DNA of 64,000 nt. Origin: Tubulanus polymorphus. Its lineage: Eukaryota; Animalia; Nemertea. Each line of letters opens with the position of its first letter. Position 1 is the stretch's first letter. The notes under the pieces are model-generated. The model did no database searches. It was not told where the DNA came from and was given only the letters and a program-made list of their open reading frames with translations. A program made the position numbers and the translations under genes. The stretch covers positions 19,971,910-20,035,909 of the forward strand of contig NC_134031.1 of assembly GCF_964204645.1 (NCBI RefSeq), read 5' to 3'. This document shows positions 1-14,360 of this stretch, in pieces.

Positions 1-441
1 ACCACGGATCGTTAGACCGAGGTACGTAGACAGTTCATTAATGATTTACGCTTCGTTTCATCAATCGTAATTGGGGTAAAAAATTTTACATTCGATTGGA
101 GATTTGAAATCTGCCCTCCGAGATTCGATGCATTCTGAACATTCTTGTAAATTTTGTTCGCCTATATCAGTTCGAGCAAGTCAAAAGTGGCGTCGCCCTG
201 AGGACTTTACCTGAGACTTTTTTAATAACAAACACTAGACATAATACATCTTTCAGCACATTTCCAAAAGTCAGGGAAAAAGCGAGTGAAATAAAAGTGG
301 CCTGCATCGGGTTCAATCATGACCACAAGTGGCTGTGCTGAATTAATATGTGACTGTAACGGTAATCACCTCATTTTCTCAGCTGTAAAATAGATGGACA
401 AATCAAATCCTCTTATGATATCTTCACCTGAATTGACGTAC

Positions 442-1197
442 GAAGAGGGAGGGAGAGAGGGAGAGGAGAGATGGAGAGAGAGAGGGAGAGGTGGAGAGAG
501 GGAGAGGTGGAGAGAGGGAGAGAGGGAGAGATGGAGAGAGGGAGAGAGGGTGAGAGAGAGAGGTGGAGAGAGGGAGAGGAGAGATGGAGAGAGAGAGAGG
601 AGAGAAGGAGAGGAGAGATCGAGAGAGAGAGGGAGAGGTGGAGAGAGAGAGAGAGGGAGAGAGAGGGGAGAGAGAGAGGTGGAGAGAGGGAGAGGAGAGA
701 TGGAGAGAGAGAGAGGAGAGATGGAGAGAGAGAGAGGGAGGGAGAGAGGGAGAGGTGGAGAGAGGGAGAGAGAGGGGAGAGAGAGAGGTGGAGAGAGGGA
801 GAGGAGAGATGGAGAGAGAGAGAGGTGGAGGGAGAGAGGGAGAGGTGGAGAGAGAGAGAGAGGGAGAGGAGAGATGGAGAGAGAGAGAGGTGGAGGGAGA
901 GAGGGAGAGGTGGAGAGAGGGAGAGGAGAGATGGAGAGAGAGAGAGGTGGAGGGAGAGAGGGAGAGGTGGAGAGAGAGAGAGAGGGAGAGGAGAGATGGA
1001 GAGAGAGAGGGGAGAGAAGGAGAGGTGGAGAGAGGGAGAGGAGAGATGGAGAGAGAGAGAGGTGGAGAGAGGGAGAGGGAGAGGTGGAGAGAGGGAGAGG
1101 TGGAGAGAGGGAGAGGTGGAGAGAGGGAGAGGTGGAGAGAGGGAGAGGTGGAGAGAGGGAGAGGAGAGATGGAGAGAGAGGGGAGAGAAGGAGAGAA
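442..1197. repeat. GA-rich polypurine simple repeat (~750 bp)
   Basis: Almost only G/A on + with GGT/GAT interruptions; it produces the spurious ERG-rich and SLSP-rich ORFs. Confidence 0.97.
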
Positions 1198-4100
1198 TGA
1201 TAGAGAACATTAATTCATCATCTGATGATCATATCTTCATTATAACCAGTAGTTAATCATATCAATGATCGTCTTATCTGTTTGATAAGATTATGATCGA
1301 TGCTGGCAGTGATGAGGAAGGAGAGGATAGGAAGGAGGACGGGTATGATGAGTATGAGGAAAGAGTCTCGTTGGCGCTGTGTTAATTACTAAATGTCTAC
1401 AAGTTATTAATTATATCAGCTGTGCGTAGCTGCTGCTGATGTTGCTGCTCAGCTCCGTTCTTATAGTAACGACATTTATTTATTAGAGCTCTTATTGTTG
1501 ATGGTTTCGCCACTAATGACATAATAGATTTGGACAGGACAGTTTTTTTATAAACCGTAAGCCGACAGCACGCAAAGTGCGCAGGAACTCATCAAAACCA
1601 TAATTGAAGTAATGAAAAACTGAATTCATGCGATTTCTTCTTCAAACTTTGCTCACGAGTTTTTAGGATTTCGGAGGTAAATTAGGATCTATCGACTGTT
1701 GAAGGCACAGGTCATTTTGACTCAGGGGAGGTATGACCTGTATTAGTGAAGTAGGATCAACTGCTCTCAAATAGTCAAGTAATTACGAATCTGGATAATT
1801 GAACTTTGAATAATTTATTAAGTGCATTGTATAAATGTCCAAGAATGACAGCATTAATTATAAGATCCATAACTTCTAATCACTGTTCACCACAAACAGC
1901 GGCCTGAAATGGGGGCTAATTATGAAGACCTTGTCACGTCCCAAAAAGGCTACTTCGATGTCCAAAAAGGCAATATAAGGTCGATACTGAGGCTTATCAA
2001 ACAGTATAACACCAGCTGTTCTATGTAACAGGACTTGAACTTATCAAATCCCACTGGAACTGAAATGCACCAATTTCCACCGCGCTTTCTGCTCTTTCCT
2101 CTCTCCTCTCTCCTTGCCCTGAGACAGGGGGGGACTTACTGGCACCTGGACATGGACATGTGTTCGCGTAATTGAATGAGAATAAGGAGTTAAAGACCGT
2201 AGAACATGTAAAATCGTAGGCGTCATAATTGTGCTCAGTTTCTGCATTAGAATATCTCTACAGTAATTCAGTATTGAGAGAAGTTGACGTCTTGTTTCAT
2301 CCTGTAACAGGAACTGTGACTCCTTCAGGCAATCATACTTCCCCTATCAGTATACGACAAGCAAACGCGTTTTCGAAAATTCATTGACAAGGACATTGGC
2401 AATAGTGAATACACAATAATGAAATCTTTTACATCATCGTTCTGCATTGTTTTTTTTTTCATTTTGAACTAAGGAATGGTGCATCTTATTTTTTTCGGAT
2501 GATTTTATGTAATGCTCTTTATGACGTGTCCCTAACGAACTCGGGGAAACAGTGAATGGCGGATTTGATTTCGAAATTAGAAATCAAAGTACAGAAATAG
2601 TCGTGTGGTCGATCAAAATTACATAATTTCTGTATTAATCAAATTTACGTTATATGGAAGTTGTATGCTGTTTTTTGTGAAAGGGTTTGATCGTTACTAT
2701 AGGAGTATTGAATAGTGTATTTAAAACCGATATTTTAGTCATCAGCAATGTCTAATATCACATTTTGAGGATGGTCCAGAATTTTTTTTTCTTCGAGAAT
2801 TATCATCCATTTGTTGGCAGCTCGATTTCGCGTAAACGTTTCATCTGGCTACGACACCCACCACATCTCCATCAACTAATGAATATCTCGTCTACGGACG
2901 GATGGAATTTTTATCAAACTTCTTCGTATTCCGCGTCGTGTGGATTATCATTTAAAAATACTTCAAACAAACGTCGTCGTTATCGTCGTCGCTGGTAACA
3001 GTGTGTCTATATGATGTACTGTTATATAATGAAGCTCGAATGAAAATGATCTTGCATCAATTTCATTTTCTTATCATTTCTAATTGATTGAATATTCGTG
3101 ATAACTCGCATTAGGAGTTAATTTCTGATTAGAAAATGAAATTTGTGGCTCCTCAATCGTCGCATCATTATGAGATCTGCGGTTTCCACAGTAGCCTTCC
3201 ATAGTTGCTTGTATTCGCACTTTAGTTGGTCTGTTTCTAATTTAGAATGGACCATGGACATATAAACTATAATCTAGTTTATACGTCCATAAACGGACCA
3301 ACTAGCTTCAGAAGAGACTAAACAAGACCTATCCATTCATCTGCTTTGATAATCTTTATCGATTTTATTGAATTGTCACTGGTTCCCATTAGTTGCAACG
3401 CTATGGTCCATTCTCAAATTCAGAACGCACTTGGATCGGTGAATAAGCGGGCGTTCTAAAATGTAGCCGGACTTATAACCAGCTTGGTTCTGTAAAGTCC
3501 AAATAAAGACAGTTCTGAATAGGCTGGACACAAACGAACTACGCGATTCTCTTACGAACGGACAAATATAATCTATCGGTCATTTTTTGCAGCTGAATGC
3601 TGATGAAATTCTGGAGGGGAGCGCGAAGGGGGTCGAAGCAAACACTGCTCAGACTCAATTATACAACCGGACCTGTCTGATTTGTGTTCAGTAAATATTA
3701 AGTCTACTTATAGAAGTCTCATCACGCTGCAGGGAGGGTAGCACGGAGGAGGGCGGCGACTTGTTCTTACATAATTGATCTGTCTGGATATGTTTGTAAT
3801 ATGTTACATCTATATTGATAATCCCTCATGTCCGTCTACTGTTTCTACCGATGATCACGATTTATGATCGTGATCAAGAATTGGGCGATGATTTTCTGTA
3901 AATTCTTTTCATCCCGTGTTAAAAGTTGTAAGGGACTCAATGGATTTCTTTGGTGATTCGCTGATTCTATGATTTAAATTTTTTGACAAATTCATACGGA
4001 GTGGGTGAATTCAAAGATCACTGAATTGCTCGATGATATCGAGCTTGTTTGAAGGCTTCGTTCCGCTGCACAATATGCAAAACTTGGCAAAAATTGATTT

Positions 4101-4473
4101 GTAGATCAAATTTGCTCAGTCCGGTTTTCTAATCGTTCTCAACTGGATCCAGAACGACGACATCCAAATGGTTTGTATGATCAGCCTCTCATCTCATTAA
4201 CGTTTAGGAGATTTCTGTTATTGAAATCCTGGAGGAGATTTCTTGGAAATATTCCTTTTGTTGTGTCTTGCGCTCGGTAATTGGGTCAAAGAAACCTGAA
4301 ACCTGCTTAGAATACTACGAGCTACTGAGTTAATAGTGTCAGGAATTCGTTTTTGGTTGTTGCATTGCACAATGAAACTTGGGGGGGGGGAGTTAAATCA
4401 TCGTGTGGTATGTCATCTGGTAAGTCGTCAGATTATCAGATATTTCAATGAGATCTGACAGTTCGCATGTTTT

Positions 4474-4770
4474 AAGCCGCGATCACACGGAGACGATTCG
4501 GCCCGAGCCATATTGGCACGGATCAGGCTCCTGCCAAATTTAGCCCGTGTCTAATTAGAGAGCGCGTTCACATGTAAACCACTCACTCGATACTAAACAA
4601 TGTGAAGTGAGTCGCTTCCGGAACCATTTGCTATTCAAACGCAATAATTTGACCTGTGCTAAAATTGTTCGGGCCTGGTCTGACGTTTAGGGCGCACCTA
4701 ACAGGGCATATGCTCATTCAGTCACATTGTGAACAGGTGTTCCCGGCCATATTTGGCCTTTAATCCAGTT
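4474..4770 (+). mobile_element. MITE family A copy (terminus AGCCGCGATCACAC; PIF/Harbinger-like)
   Basis: Shares the terminus and/or the internal core TAATTAGAGAGCGCGTTCACATGTAAACCACTCACTCGATACTAAA with diverged copies at ~5520-5680(-), 6008-6200, 7150-7360(-), 8520-8768, 15905-16045, 22459-22700 and 26176-26375. Confidence 0.75.
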
Positions 4771-7700
4771 TGAGTAGACACATCCAGTTTTCATTTATAG
4801 TTTAGAGTCCATGGTGTGATACAATGGGTACTGATATAAATCAGTGCCCACACTGGAAGTAAGTAGAGATGTCATAATAATTTATATTTGATCCTAGGGA
4901 GCAACGCACACAAGCACACATGCATATGGTGTAAATTTTCACCTTTTCATCAATAATTACTTCTGTTAAGAGTGTCATCGTGTGAAAGAGGGCAATAAGC
5001 AGAAATATGAAACAGTACTGCAAACGTCGTCGACACTCCCACGCTCGTGCGCTTTACTCGCAAAAACAGAATTGATTTCGAAGATGGGTATACGTCTACC
5101 GACTGCTCAAAAATGAGATGATGAATTATTCACTGATGGGGAATTCGATGATACTTTAAGATCTCTTATTAGTTGATCGACTGTGACAAAAGTTGGTCAA
5201 TAACTGTAACATCCTGTTCCGCCAACCGCTTGCATAGATTCTTCTCTCAATTAGTACATTTCATTGGTAAAACCTGTGCCTTTTTGATTGGGCAATTCCA
5301 GAAGAGGGATTATCTGCGTTTTTTGTCGCTGCATTAGGAAGTTTCTGTCAAGTAATCTTCTAATAAGAAAAATATTCCTTAATCTTGCGGAAGAACAATT
5401 GAAAAGGGGCCAGGTTATTAAATCAGAATTTTCCGAAAATGGCTTAATTGAACAGTGACAAAACTAGATTATGAATAAACCTGGATTGGACTTATTTGTC
5501 AATCTAAACCAGGCCTAAGCCAAACTTTGGCCCGGTACAAATGGTTGTGTTTGAATCGCAACTGGTGACGAAAATGTCTCACTTCGCTTTGTTTAGTATC
5601 GAGTGAGTGGTTTGTGTGTGAATGCGCTCTAATTTGGCACGGGCCAAATTTGACTTGGGTCTGATCTGTGCCAATTTTACCAAATAAAAAGGATGTATTT
5701 TTGATGTATAGTGATGATACACATGCCTTACAGGTAGATCATCAGCTCTATTGTTAGTCTAGTACAAGTGCCCCCCTCGTGCGAAGACTTGCATCGGTAA
5801 TTTGTTAAGCGAAAATCAGGAAAACATGCTTTCCTGACGGCGAGTGAGGAACTGGCGAGGGAGGAACTGCCAGAGGTTATGACAGCTGTATGAAATAACG
5901 TGAAGATTTTGTTGTAGAAAAAGTACCGCTGCATTCTGGGAACAAGATGAGATTCAGAGTTCATTCAGAATATGGAATCTTCAGTTTATAAAGCAGCTCC
6001 GCATATAAGCCGCGATCACACTAAGACGATTTAGCTTGGCCTGAGACAAATTTGGCCTATGCCTAATTAGGGAGTACATTGAAACCACTCATTCGATACT
6101 AAATAATGCTTAAACAGAGCGAAGTGAGTCATTTGTCCCCGCGCTAGATTTGGCTTGGGCCTGGTCTGACATTTTTGGTCGTCCTCGGGCACCTTAACAC
6201 CCGATTCTTGTTCGTTGTGTGACAATCTGAAGTTGAATTGTTGGTCATGTGTTTCAGGTTTTCATTAACCGATGATTACATCATTAAATACACAGCACAA
6301 ACGGTGAACAGGTCAATGATTGAAATCAGCTGAAGTCAAATCAATTTCTAATTACAGTTGTATGGATAGAATTAACAATTGCCGAGCCTTTGATTTGTCA
6401 TTCGACACTGTACAACCATTCTCTCCGTTCATCTGAAGCCGTGATCACATGAGCATATTTGACTTGTGACAAATTTGGCGCGAAACAACTGTTCGCTTGG
6501 GCGAAAAAAGGGTCCAAGTCGCAAAAAAGCAAGTCGAATAAAAGTGGCCGCCCCTTTTCATATGATTGAAAATAAAATTGATTTGTCGAGTATTAAAAGA
6601 AGAAACAACATTTCAGTCTTTTCCATCATCAGAGATTTGTTTACCTTATTGTTTAGTTTTCATAATACAATTGCAGGTATTTTAAACATTTTAAGCTTAT
6701 GGATTTTTATTTGTATTTCACAGTCGCGCTGTAAGGATCCATTAGAGTTTCGAATTCATGTATATTGTATTCGTCTCAAATAAAGGGTGTGTCTGTCTGT
6801 CTGTCCTGATGTCGGTTCACGTATGATGTAATACTCGTTGTAGATACAAAGATTTGTCAGTAATTTTCTCCTGTAATGCTATCAGTATCTACTGTAAGTA
6901 TCGATTCGATTGATACCGGTATCGATTGGAACAGGTATCGATCGTCGATGGTAATTGGCTTTCTGCGACTTACCCTCGTTTGCTGACGAGATGCCGATAA
7001 GGCAGACTCGGTAATAATCATTATCCCGTTAAAAATGTGCTCCATTTCGGAAATGAACCTACTTCATATGTAGGGCTTGTTACTGTATTCAACAACCATT
7101 TTACTGGACACTGCAGCCTAATACAAGCAGCTACTACACGAATTCAATCTGTTTACAAGGGTGCTAAATTGGCTCGTGCCTATTTGGCCCGACCAAAAAC
7201 TTTGGACTAGGCCCGAGGCAAATCATAGCATGTGAACTGGTTCCACTGAAGTGACTCCCAAGCATTGTTTAGTACTGAGTGAGTGGTTTGTGTGCGGATG
7301 CGCTCTCTAATTTAACCGGGCCTGAACCAATTTGACCATGTCACTGTGTGATCCCGGTTCGTGTGTGAATGCACAACATTGATTCGGTCAATTCGAAATT
7401 GGCCCGTTCAAGGTACTTGCGATGACTTATCTAGCCACAGGATTTCGAACCATGATAAAAATAGTAAATTGTTTCCCTGGATTTCCCAGTATATAAAGTA
7501 GATGAATGAATAGGTACTGAATGAATTCTACGATGATAACATTGCCTCGATAGCTTTCAGAAATATCAATGGCATATCGTCATTATTGCTGGAATTTTAT
7601 GGGATAGTGATTTATATGTAAAACGTATGTGATGGTTAGAGGTATGCCCATCTATCTAAATATTCCTTTATCAGAAGCTGCACACGTATAATTCATGCGC

Positions 7701-10388
7701 GTTATCATATAGTTATACAGTAGATCAGTAATAGAATATTAATGGTTTTCAGTCTTAAACACGTGGTGAAAAAATGTTATCTTTACTCGGCGGTGAGGTT
7801 ATTAGTTGATGTATGGCTCGTCGTAAGGTTTTGCATTCTCCTCGTGAAGGATTTTTACGTTGCTCGCGATTATACTCGCGGGGTACCTAACTCACCACTT
7901 TCTCAGAAACAGATCGAAGATATGATAGTCGCGTTGATATTTTCTACTAACAGGGCAGGTGGGTCTGGGCCTTAAGCGAAGCGCGCCATCAATCTTTAGC
8001 TTATTGGTTTTGTCTGAATGTTTCGTAAGTTGTAAAAATCTTTTCTCAATGGGTCTCTTCCCGAGCAAAAACAGAGGGAAAATCCTCAAATACATCGTGC
8101 TCGTAATATATGAATTACACCGTGAAGAGCTGTTTACATATTGAAGTGTGTTGATGGATAATCGCGATAAATTTTTCGAGCAATATTTTACGGATAAACG
8201 AGGTACTGAAAATGATCTGTTCCTGTTTATGGCGAATGATTTGTGCCTTATCCGCCGTACGACGACGAGTGTCATCATTCCTCACGAGGACTCGCCAGTT
8301 CCACCATACTGCTTCCTGCTTCATTTAAAAAGAAGATAACACATGTAAGAAAACGTGCTTCGAGCGGATCGCGGATCGCGGCTGTGTTCGCTGCAGCGAG
8401 TGCTGCTTAGTTCCCCCTCCCCCCACGCAAACATTAATCACTGTTGATTCTGTCGATGATGGGCACGACCGTGTATCGGCTTTCAAATATCACGTCCTAT
8501 AAGCCGCCATCGCGCAAGTGTTTTTTAGATGCTGGGCCAAATTTTGCCCGAACCACAATCGTCAGATCAGACCCACACAGAATTTTGGTATGGGTCAAAT
8601 TATTCCTGAATGGTATGTGAAACACCTCACTCGCCACAGCACAATTTTGATATGTGTTTTAGTATCAAGTGAGTGAATTATTTTTGAACTGGGCTAAATT
8701 TGACTGTGGTCCAGTCCGGACCGGGCCATTTTGACTCAGGCCAAATCATCTCTGCGTGATCGCGCCTATAGAATTCAAATCAGTGAATGTTGATGATTTG
8801 ACTAGGACAGGAGGTCCTCGCGACCCTGATGATTGGGCGTTACAATAACTGAATCATTAAAAATTGAATTGATCGACTGCACACTTTGCCTGCGGGTTCA
8901 ACTCAAGACGTTTATAGCGAGCGAAAAATGTCCAACTGATAACTGTGGAAAGAATTACCAAAACTGAATGTAAAAACAATGGTTTAAAATCGGTAAACGA
9001 ATACAACTTATAAATAGATTAGCCCTCACGTATTTTTGGAATGTATCCCTGCTGTTTACTGAAAACTTTTCTCCTGTTCTTCAAGTTTCTCTTTTGTTGG
9101 AAATTTTATCGCCGGCTTCGCCGATTTTGTCGTGTAAAAAAAAGCTATGGAATTTGGCGTAAATTCGAGTTTTCGCGCAGTAGGAAACAACGAACCTGAC
9201 CTCGATATTTCTAGGTTTTTGATTTGAAGATAGCGAGATAAAGAGACCACCATCGCTCTATCAGCGTTACTCTCACTAGAGCCAATTTGAGATATCATCC
9301 GTGTTTACATTGAAACCGGTCATTTGAGATTGCGGTTACGTCAAAAAAGGTTTCAAACTTTTCGAAAGAACTTTGAAGTTTGGACCTGGTTAACACTTGA
9401 ATATGGTGAAATTACCATTTATGAAACTTTTCTTGTGGTAAATATTCATTCAACGTTTCACTAGATCCTAGTAGTCATCTTTGGGAAAAAAGTATTCCCG
9501 TAATGATTATTCTCGAAGATGACTATTAGGATATAGTCGAAATGTCAAATAGACATTAGCATTAGCGGAAATGTTTACAACTGTTTTTACTCTTACTGCA
9601 GAGTTTTATAGAAATTGTGCTAAATTAAACTTCTTATATTGCATGTTTTTCATGGCAGAAATAATCTAGGCATATGCATTTAAATTTGAGTTTGTTTTCT
9701 CACAAACTGTGCGCCCTGGCGGTATACTGATGAGGTCTGTTCATCTCGGGCTCGAACAAATATGACTACCACCTTATGTTTGCTCACTCTTGACACTTTA
9801 ATAATATTATATAAAGCCGAAGCGATAAATCATGCGGCTATGGACGTAGTACACGGTCAGTAGTGATTTATGAGAGAACCTAAAACTGGCCATAAAATTT
9901 CCCTCATAGCTGCGGGACATGGTTTCATGTTGGTAATTGTGATTAATCAAATCGTTGAAGTCATCGAGAATGTCGTCCTAATTAATCATGCTCGTAATTT
10001 TAATGAATTCGTTAAAATCGGCGACTTTCTCATCGTTCTCGTATGTGAGGGATGTTTCATTATTAACTGGTCATCGAAGGTTTTACCGAAATGAAACATT
10101 TGTCATTAGCAACTAATACCGATTGAGCATTGTGTAAGGTGACCGTAGGAGCAGGAAATTCACACTCCTCCGATCAAGAAATCACGGTCTCTAATCAAAA
10201 ATCATCAAAATGGACCTGCGATATCCGCTGAAATCCAATTCAACGACTCAGTGGTGGATCAGAAATGCCAGTTACAATTTTATTAGTAGAATATTCATAG
10301 TATCCGGACCCAGCTCCACCTCAGAGCTCAGTCAAAATGTGACAATGAGTAAAAACATTGAGAATGAACTTAATTGTAGAATATGGGT

Positions 10389-10515
10389 CATGTTGTGGAA
10401 CCCTGGGCCATGTTGTGGAACCTGGGGCATGTTGTAGAAACCTGGGGCATGTTGTGGAAGCCTGGGGCATGTTGTGGAACCCTGGGGCATGGGCATGTTG
10501 TGGGACCCTGGGCAT
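10389..10515. repeat. 20-bp minisatellite (CATGTTGTGGAACCTGGGG-type), ~6 copies
   Basis: Direct tandem units visible. Confidence 0.9.
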
Positions 10516-10558
10516 ATCCAGTAGTGTACTGCATATGCGAATACATTAAGAATTGTGA

Positions 10559-10645
10559 ACTATTTCACCAGTGATCAGACAATGCTCACTATTTCACCAG
10601 TGATCAGACAATGCTCACTATTTCACCAGTGATCAGACAATGCTC
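10559..10645. repeat. 29-bp perfect tandem triplication
   Basis: ACTATTTCACCAGTGATCAGACAATGCTC x3. Confidence 0.95.
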
Positions 10646-13357
10646 CAACGATGAAACTGTTCTCCTCAGCTTCAGGACCGTTCTTCATACTGTTATACTG
10701 CAGTGATTGCTCGGTGAGTTTGATGCTCAGTAAATCAAACTGGCATCAATCGGATTATGATGTTTTTATCTGTACCCGGCAGTGACTGCGCCCGTGAGAC
10801 GCTGCTGCTGCTGCTGCTACTGCTGCTCCCCATTCAACGATGGATTCATCGGACGGATTAATTGTCTGTTTTTAATCAACAAGTGTGAAACGTAATTAAA
10901 TCATACGTAAAAATGTGGAACCTTCAAGGCTACTGCGGCAATCGAGGTCCATGTGGCCCATATACCTGCTCAACACCGAGCCCATATGGGTTGTTCAGTG
11001 TGAATCATAGGCCCGGGCCTTATCTGATAATCTGGTAATCGGTGCCCTGGCATTGATACCACTTGCCTGCATGTGTAGTTAACTGTGGTTAAGCCACTAA
11101 CCACAGTTTTTCTCACTAAACCACAATGTTATCCTGCACTGGCTCGCCAGGTTGGAGGCTTCCCGTTGTATGAGGTCTGATTACATGCCTTCATCCCCGA
11201 GGCTCCAAAAAATCTACCCAAGAGACAAAATTTGAAACTGGTTGAATAGGGACTATACAGAGTTAGATAGAGGTAACTGGCACCTGTGGAGCCTGCTCAT
11301 CTAAACGGCTGTTTCCCACTGTTCTATATAAGTGAAGCATTCATTGGGTGCATGTTTTCCAAGACGGCAAGTTTTTGCCGAGCCGTTCGCTTTTTTTTTG
11401 TTACTTCGCGAAAACAGCAGTGACGGGAATTTCCAGGGGTAGACATACGTAACATACACAGGCAGTAGGTCTATACAGACATTGGTGGGAATGTTATTTT
11501 TCATCGGCCGGGCTCCAACTCAACCTACGTGTTGTTTATGCATGTTTTCCTGCATTCATCGACGAGTCGATCCCTCTTACTCTTCATTCGTTGTTGAAAG
11601 TGTTGTTTTGAACGTCTTTGCTTATGAGTAGTAATGTGCTTAAAACACTCATTTCTTTATTTAGACTCTTGAGTCATCGAAAATCTTGAAATAAATAACG
11701 CTTTAAAGATTGTTGTTCCTAAAAGAAGTTGGCTGCTGTAGTGGCTATTTTGAATTTATCGAGTGAGCTGTTACAGTTGAGAAGTAGGTTACATATTAAA
11801 GCTTAGCCATAGCTGCCAACTGTCCCTGATTGTCAGAGACAGTCCCTGAAAATGCCTCGCTGTCCCTGAGCATGGTTTTTTGATGGTATAGAATATCTAT
11901 TGCTGTCCCCCTGTGAAACTAACAACTACTGTACCGAAATAGACAAAATATTGCCTTACTTTCTGGATTTCATCAAATCATCTTTAGTTTCATGGATTTT
12001 TGCCAATCTCATTTTTCATCTTCCCATTTCGGCATCCCACGGTGGCCTAGATACCGGCTTCCACGGTGGCCTAGATACCAGCTCACTCAGATGCTTGCTC
12101 GCAAAAATGTCGACTTCAGAGGTGAAGACAACATTGACAAATCCGACACATTTTCACTTGTGTCAAACATCATCAAGGTTGTTTCTTTTGAATAAACGGA
12201 TCGGGTTGTTTCTGGTGTTGTGTGTCTGATTTCAGGGCTTAGATCATTTCTTTTGAAGTTTGAAATGTCGTCATCAGCGTGTATGACGCGGGACCTTTTT
12301 ATAGCGCGATGATTAGAGACGATCTCAACACCTGACGGACCAACGTTACTACTCAATTAATAGACAACTTCAATCTTGGTGAGTTTCGTGATTTTCTCCA
12401 GCCCCTTTTGATGCTCGCACTGCTTAATAAAATGGTCTATTTTTTCGAAATAATGTCCTCGGATGTTGCGTGGCAACCTGTGACTCGTCGTGACAAAAAT
12501 CTCAGGTGCGGAAACTGCGCCGGAGACCGATCGCATATCCTTCACTCGTGGATCACTCGTGCGAAAATTTTTATCTATGAAATTTATCTCTTTACCCAGT
12601 AACATCATTATAGTAAAGGTGAAGAGAGAACTGTGCAACGTTTGCACGCTCTTTTAGAATGATGATGAATGAGGTCTTTCCCTTCAAACAATCAGACTCT
12701 TTCCCCCTGTAGGTTTACGCGGCTATTAAAGCTATTGTTAGGTGCTGCTATAACTCACACGCTCCACAACGGGTTCCAACGCTGTTACAGCCATGCCATT
12801 CTATCATTTCCCATTATATGACTGCGATGAAAAAGCTTTTTTTCTCTTTTTCTCAGTGATAAATATATACATAGTTATTGAAAGTGCAGTTTTGAAGGAG
12901 ATTGCCAAGGAGTCTGTCTGACATTAGTCTGGTAATCTCTTGAAAGCAACAGCGAAGTAAAGTTCGAAGAAAGTTTTCATTTTTTGGGACAGCAGGGTTG
13001 AGAAAGCTTGCCGCGATGGGAAGATGGAAGTTGTTGTTTTAACCTGGCATTGTTGTAAATACCCATACTCTCAGACATGGTGAATAGATGACCGTATGAT
13101 TAAAACCCACTACATACATTAATTAAAAAGGTTAAAAATGAAATTCATTTACCAAGAAATAATGTCAAGCGACCATCCTCAGGGGCGGGGTCTGAAATGT
13201 TTTGTCATTTGAATTTGTTTCTTGATGAATACATTTCTTTTCAATATTTTAAATTTGTATGTATTGGTTTTTTTGAAACTGTAAAAACAGTTACAATAAT
13301 GTTTATATACATCGATACCGAGCAGGGTTCAGTGTGAGTCAGTGCGCACTACGTCAT

Positions 13358-13600
13358 CAATATATTCGATGTATTAGTGGTAAATGTTGCGGGTGTGATG
13401 TCACTGCGTACCTGGCGCCAATATATTCGATGTATTAGTGGTAAATGTTGCGGGTGTGATGTCACTGCGTACCTGGCGCCAATATATTCGATGTATTAGT
13501 GGTAAATGTTGCGGGTGTGATGTCACTGCGTACCTGGCGCCAATATATTCGATGTATTAGTGGTAAATGTTGCGGGTGTGATGTCACTGCGTACCTAGCG
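13358..13600. repeat. 61-bp tandem repeat x4
   Basis: CAATATATTCGATGTATTAGTGGTAAATGTTGCGGGTGTGATGTCACTGCGTACCTGGCGC; copies essentially identical. Confidence 0.95.
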
Positions 13601-14005
13601 TGTGCGGTGAATTCAGATGCTTTCAGTTTGTATGATAAAGAATAATTGTCACTTTACAATGTTTAGTCAGCTTCGGGCGTTTCATCTACGAATAAATAAC
13701 AAATAACGATACAATATTCTGCGGCGATGATAATATTTGGCTTAACATCGCGCGCTACTAACGTTGTTGTTTACTTTCCGTGTATTTTCTGTCATCTTGT
13801 CATCGACTTCAAACGCCGGTGATGATCGTCAACAACAATTTCTTGTTCAAATAGTTCGTTATTGCAGGTTCCGCAGTGTCAATATCATTAGCTGTTTTAT
13901 TGTATAAAATACCGATTGATGTAAAGTTGAATAGTAATGGTTAGAAACAGCGCGCTGTTTTAATGTAACTATGTAAAACTGATTGCCGTGAATCTGGTAC
14001 GAGTA

Positions 14006-14360
14006 ATCTTGTCGCAGAGCTGACAACTGATCCCGATTTTCGAGATCATCTTGTTGCAGAGCTGCCAACTGATCCTGATTTACGAGATGCTGACAACTGA
14101 TCCCGATTTACGAGATCATCTTGTCGCAGAACTGACAACTGATCCCGATTTACGAGATCATCTTGTTGCAGAACTAACAACTGATCCCGATTTACGAGAT
14201 CATCTTGTCGCAGAGCTGACAACTGATCCCGATTTACGAGATCATCTTGTCGCAGGCTGACAACTGATCCCGATTTACGAGATCATCTTGTTGCAGAACT
14301 AACAACTGATCCCGATTTTTGAGATCATCTTGTTGCAGAGTTAACAACTGATCCCAATTT
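14006..14360. repeat. 42-bp minisatellite, ~8-9 copies
   Basis: ATCTTGTCGCAGAGCTGACAACTGATCCCGATTTACGAGATC units, one truncated. Confidence 0.95.

Noticed and set aside
394-1256. Four overlapping 216-268 aa ORFs (ERG-rich and SLSP-rich)
   Set aside because: Translations of a stop-free GA simple repeat, open in several frames and on both strands.
13358-14360. CRISPR-like appearance of regular repeats (also 57927-58131 and 61064-64000)
   Set aside because: Units are head-to-tail without unique spacers, the context is eukaryotic, and there are no cas genes.
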